This document shows positions 26,401 to 39,500 of a stretch of 64,000 bases of DNA, one piece after another. The position numbers and the translations under genes were made by a program. Source of the stretch: Podarcis gaigeae (Eukaryota); assembly GCA_964106915.2 (NCBI GenBank), contig OZ066918.1. One strand, 5' to 3'. The notes beneath the pieces were generated by a model that worked only from the letters and a program-made list of their open reading frames with translations, did no database searches and was not told the origin of the DNA. Each line of letters opens with the position of its first letter. The stretch's first letter is position 1.

Positions 26401-29400
26401 GGCCTGCTCAAGGTTATTTGCAAATGGATAGATAAACTGGGATTTCACTTCTGCTGCAGGCTGAATGCTTTATGCACCAAGACTTCTTTTTAATAGCAAA
26501 TAACTGTTTCTTGTGGTCCTTATGCACATATGAGGACAGGTAGCATTTGGTTTCCTGATATTTACACATTATCTGTTGCATGATACTTGTTATCTGTACA
26601 GAGGCGTACCTAGGCTCCCCCCTCTCCATTTTTGCCCCTTGGCAAGAAAATGTATCAGTACCTCTGAAGCCAGGAGAGACCATGTACCAGAAACTCAAAA
26701 AACTTTATTCTTGTTGCCTTTCATGCTCTGCCAATAACTTCCTCTGCAGCCATTGGCATCAGGTCTGGTCTGCTCCACCTCTCCTCCTGCTCCTTCTCCA
26801 TTGGTCAATCCGTCCATCTGCTTGCCTGCCTCCCTTGGCTCACTGCTTTCCCTTCTGGCTTCTTTCTTTTTTCCTCCTCCTGCAACTCATGCCCGCTCTC
26901 TCCCTCTTTCTTCCCTCTGAGCCCTGCTGGGTGCCTCACTCCACACTTCTAATAGCAACACCAGTCAACTGTGGAGGGGGCCCTGCAGGACCCATGCCGG
27001 TGACCAGATTCCTCTGCCAAGGTGCCCGGAAGAGCCTGTGTGCCTCACCTGGCTGCCCAGAACAGCAGAGGAGTGGCCCGGGGAGTGCGCAAGCGGGTGG
27101 AGTTCTCCTAACCACTCCGAGCCAGAGTGGAGAGGTGTGATTTTTGCATCCCTCTGGGTCTGCGCCCTTGGTGGCGGCCCACCTATCTAACCCTTAGGCA
27201 TGCCTCTGTATCTGTATGCATGCAGAAGAGGCCTTAGCCCTGTTTGAGTTGAAGCAGTTCTCAAATTGGCAAGAGTGACATCATTTGAATAGCACAGTGC
27301 AGAGGTTGGGGACAGGGAGGTAGCCTTTATTGGAGTAGTGGAGATGTTGTGCTTACCTGCCATACTTGCATTTGTAAATCCACAAAACTCACAGTTTCCC
27401 TTCTCAACGTCTCTTTGCTGACAACTGGACTGCTCACATGCTTTGGTGTTGTTTTGTCACACACTGTTGCATTCTTTCAGTCTACAGCTGCTAGCAGCCA
27501 TCTTCCCCTGCCCCCAACATCTCACCCAGAACCAAGGAGGTGGACGAGAGCCATTTGTTTAGAGGTCTACTCCCACTACCGGTCTGGCTTATTCCATGCC
27601 ACTTCCATTCCATCTTGGACAGCAGAATAAAGTAAGCTTGCATTCAGGGCATGGGAAAGAGAGATTCTATGGTAGGCAAGACTCCCCTTTGTGTTTTGAT
27701 GCCAGTACTGAGAACAGAGCTCTCTGCTCATAAATTTTACCAGCATTTGTCTGTTGAAGGAGATCTCATCCGCTTGACATTTGGATTAGTTTCACCCTTC
27801 CCTATCCTCATGCTGATGAATAGGTTAGCTGTGCAGTGTGGAATAAACATTGATTAGGATAAGTGGACTGTTCAGCTGAATTACGGATTCAACCAGCCAC
27901 TTCTCATACTTTGCTGCTTCTGCCTGTCCTTTCTTACAGAGGAGGTTGGTTCAACTGGAGCTCTGCACATGTCCAGAATTGTGTGTATGGTTTTGCTTTG
28001 TTCTAATAATGAGAGAATACCATGTGATCATCACAGGAAGCCCTTATTGTGTGAGGCTGCGCTGGTATAAACTGGAGGTACATCCAGTCACAAGGAGGTG
28101 GTTACACTGTGACCCAATTAATTCCAAAATCCAGTCCAATAGCTAATACATCTAATGCCTTCCCTAAGAAGTCCCATTTCAGCAAGGATGAGAGCACCTT
28201 GCCATAAATATCTGGATTGGCAGAGATATCCCTATGTCTCCTATGTTTCAACCTTTGGCACGACACTAAATTAACTGAACTTGGGATGCACCATGAAGTC
28301 TCCACCAATGTCCTTTGTTATGTAATGTCATTTATGTCTAAGCCTGGACCCTTTGTAAGAAAAGCCCTTTCAGAATCAGGGAAAGCTATTGGATCAGTTT
28401 TTCCTAAAACTGGGTACATAAAAAAAATCCCAGTTTATTCAGCTTTTGGGGAGATGCTTCAGGAGACAGGAAAACCACCACTTTTCATGTGACCATTTGC
28501 CTTTCCTCATTCTTTTTCTCTCCTTAAAATAAAGCTGGATCTTTTAAGAGTGCTTCTGTAGTGACATTTCAGTAAGACACATAGCTCTTCTGCTGTTTAT
28601 AAATAATTTCATATAAGCAATTTAAATCTTTATCTATTCATAAATAAATATTACAGTTGCAGCAACAGTATGGCTGGTTCTCTGTAGCAAAGATACTAAT
28701 ATGCAAAATCCCCCAAATTGCTCAAGGTTATCAAAGCAAATGCAATTCTCTCTGTGTACATGTGTAGTGTTATTCATTATGCTTCCAGGCATGTGTATTC
28801 TGTACAGATTTTCTGATGCCCATACAAATGTTGCCTGTCAAATGCTCATTGTGGGGCAGATCCTGACATTCAGGTGTGAACTCTAATCGGCACTGACCCC
28901 ATGCAGTCTGTGCGGTTTTCTGTTCTCCCTAGAAGTGGGAGATTATTTTCCTAGAAAACCCTGCTATTCTTGCGAGGGGCTCCTTTATGTGCATACAAAG
29001 TCCTTCAAAGAATATTAACAACCTGAGTGTCTTGCAGAGGCCTGGAACTGATGATCCGGAGCTACAGATTTGATCAGTTCAGGCAACCTTGGAAAGGAGA
29101 ACTGTGTGAAATGACTGAGAAACAGGCTGGAAAGGGCATCCAGCAGAACACTTCCCACTTGCAAAGCGATTTGAGTGTCACCTTTCCTCATGGCAGCACA
29201 GGTGTGGGGGGGAATATCACATTCTCCCTCAAAGCTGGAGCTAACTCTCTCTCGTAGGGAGGCTGTGGCTCCCCCCACTGAGGCTCACCCTGCAGTTCTG
29301 CATTTTGGAACAGCAATGACACTTCAAAGGCAGGTACCTGCCATCTGTCACTGATCTGATCCCCCCTCAAGGTAGGGCTGCCGCAACACCAAGAAGGTGA

Positions 29401-32400
29401 CTCCAACATTTAAGCTTTGCTCAGGGAATTTATTTGCTCTACGTAGGCAGGTTTAGTCATTAAGGCTTATAACTCTGCAAACACCTTACAATTTGAAGTG
29501 ATTGGTCTGCCTTCCCTGTCTTGTGCCTCATTTATGTACAATTTCACTGCCATTGTTCATGCCCATCAACAGAGCTGGTGTTTTCATAAGTTGTATACCA
29601 TTTGAATAAAATGATTGTTTGCTTAAAGTTCCAGGATGAGCTCAGAGAGTTTCGAATCTCTCCCCCACCCTCCCAATCATCTACAGTGGTACCTTGGGTT
29701 AAGAACTTAATTCATTCCAGAGATTCATTCTTAACCTGAAACTGTTCTTAACCTGAGGTACTACTTTAGCTAATGGGCCTCCTCCTGCTGCTGCACTGCC
29801 AGAACATGATTTCTGTTCTCATCCTGAAGCAAAGTTCTTAACCCAAGGTACTATTTCTGGGTTAGTGGAATCTGTAACCTGAAGCGTATGTAACCTGAAT
29901 CATCTGTAACCCGAGGTACCACTGTACCTTTTGGAAAAATTGCCCATTCTTTTGATGGGACAAACTAGAGATATGTCCATACATCTCAAGCTCCATTTTT
30001 CTTTCTGCAAAATTATCTTTTTCCAAGAAGAGATGAAGTATTTATAAATATACTTTCTATGGCAGTTTAGGTTATGCCCGCACTTGCTGTATAGTTGAGG
30101 TCATTGCTTGCTGTGTATATGATTCATGTCAAGCTGGCCAGGTCCACATTGCACACACATTCATCCCTTCATCTACTGAGTATTACCTGTAATAAGGGAA
30201 ATCGTGCCAGTGTATGGTCTATGATGCTGCACAAAGGGTACATATCCATCAGGATCTGTGGTCCTCCAGATGTTATTGGATTCCAACTCCCATCAGCCGC
30301 AGTCAACATAATCTGTGAACATGGATGATGGAAGATATAGTTCAACAACATTTACAGGACCATAGGTTCTGCAATCCTGATCTTTATGGTTTAAATAAAT
30401 TACAGGTGCTAGCTACATTGTGTGTGTCAGTGAATCATGTATATTTGAAACACCATTGAGAAAGCCTGCAAACACCCTGCCCCTTTTTGTGAATTTTGGG
30501 GTCATTCTGGATTTGGCACCATGTGGTTGTGCACATTCATGCACATATTGAACTCATAAATGGGGGGGGGTTGTCTGTATGGTCTTTTAAACCCGAGGGG
30601 TGTATTTTCTGTTATGCTGTATATTTTTGTGTTTTTATATTGTAAACTGCCCTATTATCAGATGATTGGCAATATAGAATTCAAATAAATAAATAAATAA
30701 TAAATCTTGGGCCGAACACTTCCCATGCTGATAACAATAAGTGTTCAAAGCTGCTGTATCTGATGAACTATGGTCATGTTTTCCTTTTCTAATACCCCCT
30801 TTTTTATTTGTGAAATGCTAAATTTCAGGTGGTACAGTTATACACAGAGAAAAGTATGGGAGTGTACAATTGTACAAATCTGTACATAAGCCAGAGTCAC
30901 ACCAACACTACTAAGACACTGGTGCAATCTTATCTATTGTGAATTCCTTTTGTGGTAAACACCTGACTCATCAGATAAGAGTGGGTCAGCTGCAGTTACA
31001 TGGCCCTGAACTGCTTTAGGATTACATGGCAGAAACATCACACAGTTTGACTAATTGGGAGCACTGCTTAAATAATTGGGAGCACCGGGGGTAGCAAACC
31101 TATTGCTGGACTACAGCTCCCATCATTCCTGCTTATTGGCCATGATGATCGGGGCTGTTGGGAGTTGAGATCTAACAACATCTGGAGGTTCAGTGAGCTC
31201 CGCCCCTGGAATGGGATGGAATAACATGGCAAAACAAAAACATACAAAATAAAAAACTATCAGTATAACAAGATTGCTTAAACAACATGCTGCATCCAAT
31301 AGAAAAAGTAAGAAGGGAGTTTCACTGTGGTTCACCTTAGTCCTAGAAGCACTCCTGTCATAATGTTGCTCACAGTCCCTCTCCTGCAGCAGCTTCTGAT
31401 AAGGCTCCCAAAGCCAAAGGGTGGGGTGGGTTCAAGTTAGAGGTTCCAGATAACAGTTGCAGACACAGATTGACAAAGTTTGCTGACTAACAGAAGAAAC
31501 TAGAATATAGTATATAGAATGAAAATGCAAATATTGTAGTGTTCTCTGTTACAATTTGCTATTTTTTGCTCAAATACTCATCCTCTCCTCCTGTTCCAGC
31601 ATATGCTAAGGATTCTTTCTACCAATGCTGAAATAGTTCAGCAAAATGAAATGGAGCGGGGTGGGGCAAGCCCTTTGTTAACATACTGGCAAATAGAAGA
31701 ATGATGTTAAGAAGTGGAGCTCACAAGCCCATGCTTTGCATCAAGATGACTTTTTGGAAGACATTGTTTTCTCCTGCTGAGCTCCCTTCCCTCCCAGGTT
31801 ATGAATCAGATCACACAAAAAGTAAAGTTTGTATAATAAACCAACCAATATCAAAAGGCCAGTTCACATGTGTACATGTGTCATTTGATGATGAAGCTAT
31901 GTGAATGAGCCATCCCAGATAGTACATCAATATGGAAGTTTTCAAAGGGAATCAGTTCACATGTTTGGTTGCAAGTCATCAAGTGATAGAAAAGAATTAA
32001 ATTAGATGTGAACCAGCAAATAAGATTCTTTGGCTCCTTGTTATTGCATGATAATTGGGTTTCATTTAAAAAAAAAATGCTCAATTTCTGTCACTTTCTT
32101 CTCGCAGATCTTGCATTCTAACAGCATTGTCATTGTCACGCTCCTGTGATTCCTTGCAGATTTTTACTACACTCGCATCATAAACAACAATAAACACAAT
32201 TTTCCAGCTGCACCTCTCCAACTGAGCTGAATTTTGAGTGGTATTATTCTTATTTTGACATGGTACCTTCTAACCTCCAAACAGCTGTGACTTCTTTTTA
32301 CAGCAGCCTAGTTAGTAATCAGGAGCAAACAGTGGCATTTTGCAAGGGAGAGAAAACACTGATAAGCCAGAAGTGCCTTTCACCTTCTTCTGCCACAGGC

Positions 32401-33557
32401 ATTTAAATGACCAGGAGTGGGGAGGGGAAATGATGGTTGTGAAAGCGGGAAGGCTCAGGACTCAGCTGCCTGACCTCAAACTGTCTCCCAGCCTGCCATC
32501 CCTGCTCAGAACGGGCCTTCTGGTGACTCAGCCTGAGCAGTTCTAGGTAAGGGATATAAATAGCACTTACTATCGAGGCAGCTATCTGCCTCAGGCATTT
32601 GTGTCCCAATCAAGATTGTTGGTTTGTCCCTGACTTCCCTCAAGGGACTGTGGTTTGGAAAGCAAGTCTTACCTCCCTTAGCTCAGTGTGATTGTGTGGA
32701 AGAAGACAGGACTGCATATGGCTGTATGAATGTATGGAAGCATTTTCTTACAGGTTATGAGGCAAAGTATATAACACTATTTGCTCACAGTTTCTGCTTG
32801 CGTCCACACCAGATATTTACAGCTCATGGCTTCCTCCAAAGACTCCCTGAGAACTGTAATGCAGGGTGCAGGGGGCTGGAGCTCTGTGAGGTGTAAACTA
32901 CAATTCCCAAGATGCTTTGGGGAAGCCATGTGCTGTGAATGTATAGTGTGGATGTGCCCCTTTCTCATTTTCACTTAATAGCAGGCTATATAAGAAGGGT
33001 TGGAACACAATATTGATCAGTTTTCAGTAGGAGTTTAGGCACTTGTCTGAAAGGGGTGCTTTTGCTATAAAAACGTGGTGCTCTAATAACAACTGGAGGA
33101 AATTCAATTGGTTTTTCACTGCAGCTTGGATAAGGCTAGGGTTAAATTCCTCTGGGTGTATTACGGTTTGCCTCAGTATATTTATATATGGTTTTCTGCT
33201 TCCTTCAGTGCTCCCATAGGGAATGAGGACTCGCATTCTCTAGCAGTCAGATACTGATTCAGTTTATCCACCTTCCCTTTCATTCACTCGCCCACACACC
33301 TCGGCTCCTGAAAACATGCATTTCCATGGTATACTTGAAATTCCCCTTGAAAAATATGGGCTTTGTAAGTTGGAAGGAATCTTCCATAATCAGTTTTCAC
33401 TGTTACACAGAGCATAACTTCTGGCTGCATTTCTTCTGCATGCCCTGTTCAAACTCTTGATTGATACCCACAACGGAAGAGTTTGGGACATGAGGTAGTC
33501 AGAGAGAGAGATGAAAAACCAGAACAGGTCACGGTGTGCAAGCATTAAGGTTGAAGT

Positions 33558-33596
<39 letters not shown>

Positions 33597-36500
33597 CAGG
33601 GCTTCTAGCTTACCTCCTGCTCCCCATTGCTCAATTCCTTTAATGAGCCTGGCAGACTCTGGAGTTCAAGGCTGCAGCACTAATCTGGACATCCAGTCAG
33701 CTGACTCTATGGGTCAGTCTCAGAGCACCAGGCCTTTTAATACCCTAGCCTCAGAACTAGCTCCTTAGTTTAAGCCACTTGACTCTAGTGTAAAGACTGT
33801 GCCTTACTTGGACTATATAGTTGCCTCTTTGGTAAGGTTGCCATATGTCAACAACGTTTCTGTCCGGATTTTCACTTTTTGAAATATGGCAACCCTGTCT
33901 TTGGTTCTTGCTTGCTGCTCTGAACCTTGGTTCTTGCCTGCTTTAGACTACACTTGGGATATTTGGGTGGATGGCCAGCTCCCGGGATCCCAGAACATGA
34001 CAGCTGTGCTTTCTGGGGTCTAAATTACGGGACCAGATAGTGTTGGCTAAGACATCTAGGCTGCAATGCTACTTACCTACTGTCTACTTACCTAGAAGTA
34101 AATCCCACAGAACTCAAATCAATCAATCTTTCAAATGAAAAGCAGTTTCAGATGTCATCACACTCACAGTAAAACAGTTTTAATGGGAACTTGAGATACA
34201 GCAGATACTGGATCAGTCATGACAACAAGCCAGCAGTGGGGTTTTGTCCTGTGTTTTTTTTTTTTTAAAGATTCATGTTGAAGGCATTGAGATCTAGTAA
34301 GGATGCCCATAATAAACATGGAGGAAAATTAGAGTTTAGTTTTTGAGCAAAGGTCCCTATGCTTACAAGGTGCAGCTTCTCTCCTCCCCTTCCCCCCCTT
34401 CGGTGTCCTCTGATCTGGGCTGTTATTGGTGTCCAAAGATTACACACACACACACAGTAGATGGTTGATGGAAGGATACTTAGTGAGAGGCAGGGAAGGG
34501 AAGACTTCCTCATGTGAAAGACTGGGAGAAGAAAGGAAAGCTTCCAGGTGAGAGGTGAGAGGGTCCACCACTTCCTGGGTGAGACAAGGATTAACTACCT
34601 TTGAGAGAGCACCCTGCATTTTCTTTTCTCTTTCTCTGTTTTTGTTTTTGTTCCCCTTAGTTTCTTCTATCTTACTATATTATGAAAAAGCTTTAATAAA
34701 ATATTATTTTTTAAAAAGAAATCTAGTAAATAGATTTGGGCCAGTTAGGAATACTCCCAATCTAAGCAAGGTGAACTCGTACTCAAAATATTTGCTGCCC
34801 AATTTGGAGTTTTAGCCATTAATTTATAATGTTGATCCAGGGAATAGCCATTCAGTAATTTTTGACCCAGCCGAAGGAATGACTACCGCATAGGCAACAT
34901 TGAGAGCTGTGCAGTTTTGGGCAGCTTGATTTACCACTTGAAACTTATGAGGTATTTATATTAAACAGCTAGCTAGAACCTCTGTTTAATTTGTTTTTGT
35001 GGTTAATGGCATGATCCTAGTCAAGCTTATCCTAATGTAAGGCTCATAGAGTTGATTAGGACTGACTCCCAAGTAAGCTCAAGGCGCCAACCCTAAATAC
35101 ACTCCCAGGGGAGTAAGCACCATTAAACACAATGGGACTCCTGAGTCAGCATGCGTAGGAGTGAGCTGTTAAGTCTGTAAAAACACCTCAAACCTGACAT
35201 CTTTTTGATAGTTATGTTTGCTTCTTTAAATGTTTTAAGATTTTGGGCCCCCCACAATATCTCTTTGTCATAATCATGTATGTGTGTATATATATATTTC
35301 TTTGTAGTAATCCATTTAAAATTTCAAATTATTGCATTATAAAAATTCTATTTGGCTTATTTTGAAATGCATTGGGTTTGAGAAATGTAACATTCTGCTA
35401 ACAAAATTCACCCTCTCTATGAAGAGGAGAGGAAACACCAAGTAGCAGCTCATGCCTCCTTTATCTTCCAGTATGCTTCTGAATACCAGTTGCTAGAAAC
35501 CACAGGCGGTGGGTGGAGGAGGAATGCTGATGCCTTCAGGCATCTGATCAGCCACTGTGAGGCTGGGATGTTGTACTAGATGGGTCATTGGCCTCATCCA
35601 GCAGGCTTTTCTTATGTTCTTATGGCAACCTCAGGATCTGTGGGAAAACTGAGAACTGCCTTATCTGATAAGGAACTCCTGGGGGAACTTGCAATGCTAA
35701 TAGGGGACTGGTTCTTAACAGTACCTATCTTTTCAATATGTATACTGTCTAGAGATTTTTTTAAAAAGTGTACTTCCTATTGGGGTGCCTTGCAGGTCTG
35801 CGTCCTCCTAAAGCAACAGCTCAGAGCCAGATCAGACAACTTCACTATTTCAAATAATTACTATGTGTTCTCCACCCATGCTTTCAATTGAATTGCCAGC
35901 ATGACAAGAGGCTTCACAATATCTTTTCCTTTCTGGCCAAATGAAGAACATTATCAACCTGGTGTACAAACAAGTTAAGTTAGAACACATGGGCTGATCC
36001 CTCTACATATCCCTCTTGATGTCAGTAGTGGGACTAAGGCTACAAACCTTCACATTCTTACTTAGGGATAAGCCCCAGTGTATGCAGTGAGACTTTCCAC
36101 CAATTAAACATGCAGCAGGGTCTGTCTGCACTTCATTTTAAGATCCAAGTGCTCTGATTTACTGTAATTGAGCTGAAGAGCAGGCTCTGTATCTTTTCAA
36201 TCTCTGGGTTAAATGTTGATCCATGGAAAGGTTTAAAGGCTCCCCCCCCCCTTCCAAAGTTGCTGCATATATTGGATAATATTTGAAAATCATTTTTGGA
36301 GGCCCTTGAAAGTGATCAATTCCACACTCTGTCCTGATTCACATTTTGGTTTACTTTTGCAATTTTCTGTTCCCATCTTACAGATGTCAGACAGCACAAT
36401 AGTGAGCCTTCAGTTCAGCTGCCTCTTCCAGGGTATCCGGAGTGCCCAAGAAACCTCTGTGGTCTTGCTTTTTAAACAGCCTGTGTTTCTTTCCCCAGAT

Positions 36501-39500
36501 TTGACCACTGCAAGACGTTTTAGCAGCCATGCCCAGAACTACACTACCCTCCTGCTAGAGGATGAGAAGGGAATTCTTTATGTTGGGGCCAGGGGGGCCA
36601 TATTCTCCTTAAATTCCAGCAACGTTTCTGATGGCTCCCATCGGACAGTAAGTGCAGCTTTATCCCACTGGCATGTTCACAGTTAATTTCCTTTGCAAAT
36701 TTTGGTTTCCAAACCCATTTAGGGCTACATTTGTACCTTCAAGGAAGAACAAGCACAGCTTTCTCTTTATTTAAACTTTAGAATCTGCTTTGATTGGGGA
36801 GGGACCATGGCTTCATGACTGAGTCAGCAAATGGCCAATCAGTGCTGTGCATATCAAATTTCTGCTCTAAAGTAGACTAGATTTCACCCCAAATCTTATT
36901 GCATATGTGTAAAATACGTGATGAGTGCATTTCCACAGCAGACTCATTGCTGGAATAATGTATGCCTGCATGCAGCCTTTGTTGCATTAGAGTCACCAAG
37001 AGATACACTGAAAACAATCTGCTCTGAAAAACTGATAAATGCCTCCTCATTAAAAATGGATGCATCTGTCATCAAATCTAGTTTCCACAACAGATATAGA
37101 CAGATATGGACCCTTTTGTCTGCCTCCCATGTTAGTGGAATGGGCTGGGGCCAACCCTCACTGGTAGCCAATGGGTTCCTGAACTACAGCTCCCACCATC
37201 CTTGACCATTGGTCATACTGGCTGGGGCTGCTGGGAGTTAGAGTCTTAACAACACCTTGAGGGCACCATATTGGTTGCCCTTGCTGAAGTACACAAAGGT
37301 CCTTTAAAGTACCTGGAAGTCTCTGGTGCCTCTTACCAGGATTAACATTTGTTCACTCTCCTTTGAGGCCCTTTATCTCAGTACAGTTTCTTTTCTGTGC
37401 CCTTGTTTTTTATGCAAAATGGGAAGGGAGCTCTCGAGCCATGTAAAAATGAAAACAGCAGCCACCCTCTACTGAAAACCACTTGCTTTTTTGGTCTCCT
37501 TCCCTCTCCCTTTCTCCCTGCTGCTTCCTTATGGTATTTGTAACAGCCAGGTTCTCATTTCAGTCAAGGACCTTTAAAAGCAAATGGGCTACAAACATCT
37601 GCAGCGCTCCCCCGCTTTGCACTTAAATAAATCCACTTATTCTGGGGGAAGGCGAAGTGTGAACTTTGAAGAGCTCTTGTGAGTTTCACGGGGCTTGCTT
37701 CTTAATGTCACGCTCCACCACTATTTCCTGGGCTGGGATGCCCCAGTGAATAATGATCCTGCTTTGTGTTTAACTTTGTAGATTGATTGGGAAGCCTCTC
37801 CTGAGAAGCGGGGAGACTGCCTGAAAAAGGGCAAAAACAACAAGGTATGTGCTCCATAAGTCTCTGCCTTTTTGTCTCTGTTCCTTCACTTCTGACCTGT
37901 TTGTGCCTGTAGCTGATGAACAGGCCATTGTCAGGACTCTTGTGCAAATGACACCCTCCCTTCCTCTTTTGCAGACAGAGTGTTACAACCATGTCAAGCT
38001 TTTGCAACGGCTGAACACAACCCACCTGTATGCCTGTGGCACATATGCCTTCCACCCGCTCTGCACATACATTGTGAGTAAAAGAAGCAAAAGAATCTCC
38101 TCCACTGCCTTGTTGGGAGTCCCTCTTTGCACTGAAACTGACTGCCAGGGAGATGTCCGCCATGCCCTTTGTTTCCAGAAGCTGTGCAATATTATTAGCC
38201 AGTCAGAAACCAACTGAAAATCACTCAGATTAACTTTTCTGCACATGGAACTGGTTGTAGACGAACTCTATAGGCAGGTATCCAGGACAACAAACCAATC
38301 CCAAATCCTGGCTCCTGTGTCAGTAATTCCTGCCAAGGAACGGAAAGGTCATGAAGACCAGAACTGATTTTTACTGCCTGCCAGAAGGAGGGAGGTCTGT
38401 GGGGAGGCTCTCTCTTCCTGGTGTTTTGTTCTCCAAGGCTGGCTGTTGATTTCTGGGAAGCCTAAGAACCTGGACTGATGCTTTAAGGTGCCTTGCCCAT
38501 GGGTTTGCTAACATACTGTCTGCATAAAGAACTAAAGGAAAAGGCCAACCTCACCATTAGGCAATGAGAGAACCATCTCAGGTGGCCTAGTGTGGGGGCA
38601 CTGATTATTTATTTATTTATTAAATTTCTATATTAGTTTTTAATATATAATCATACAAATTTCTATGACAGCAGCCCCTTCCCCCTGTTCCCCTCTGTGG
38701 AGGACAGAACTGTGTGTGCCCTGTGCCAGCCTGGAAATAAGATTCAACTGTCATTCGACTCTGCTTCTCTACATGGGAGGGGGGTGGCAACTTGTCTTTC
38801 ATCATAGGCAGACCCTGAGAAGCATAAGCATGCATTTCTTTCACTCCTTTAAATTCACATTCAATGTGTTAACATTGGGATGCTTTCCTGCTGTTTGCCA
38901 TAGTGAATAGAATATTGGACTGGAACCTGGGAAATCGGGTGGAATTCTGCATTGCACTCTTCCAGTTGTTTCATCTGTGCAAGCTTTGCTAATGACAACT
39001 GCCCCCCCCCCCCCGCGTGCTGCTGTGGGGGTTCTCCAGACCCAGAGTCAATTGGGGGGCACATGGAGGGAGGTGGGGGAGAAAGCCCTGTTGTGCAAGC
39101 AGAAGTCCTTGCACAGGGCTTCCACTTATAGTGCTGGTTAGGTGACTCCTGCCCCAGGGTTAAAATCCCTACTCAGCCATGTGGTTCATGAATGATCTTG
39201 GGAAGTCACTCTTTCACAGATGGACTACCTGGTGGCATTGTTGTGAGGGGTTAAAGGTCACCTTGGGCTCCTTGTATACACCATCCTGAGCTCCTTGGTG
39301 GGAGGGTAAGAATACACACTTGCACTAGATACACATTCATACTAGAAATACAATAGAAAATCATCATCAGTGTAAGCTAGGCTGGATACACAAAGGAGCT
39401 TTGATAAGCAAGCCATTTAAAGAGCTTTGCAGGCAATTTGGGGTGATAATGGAGGTGTTATTATGAAGCTGTTTCTCAGTTAGCAGAACCCATCTTTCCT

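Noticed and set aside
26580-27140. 186-aa ORF
   Set aside because: Low complexity, lies within a TSD-bounded non-autonomous hAT element, and has no transposase motifs.
30960-30980. Minus-strand CTGATGAG hammerhead-like core
   Set aside because: No stem II or GAAA partner nearby; likely a chance match.
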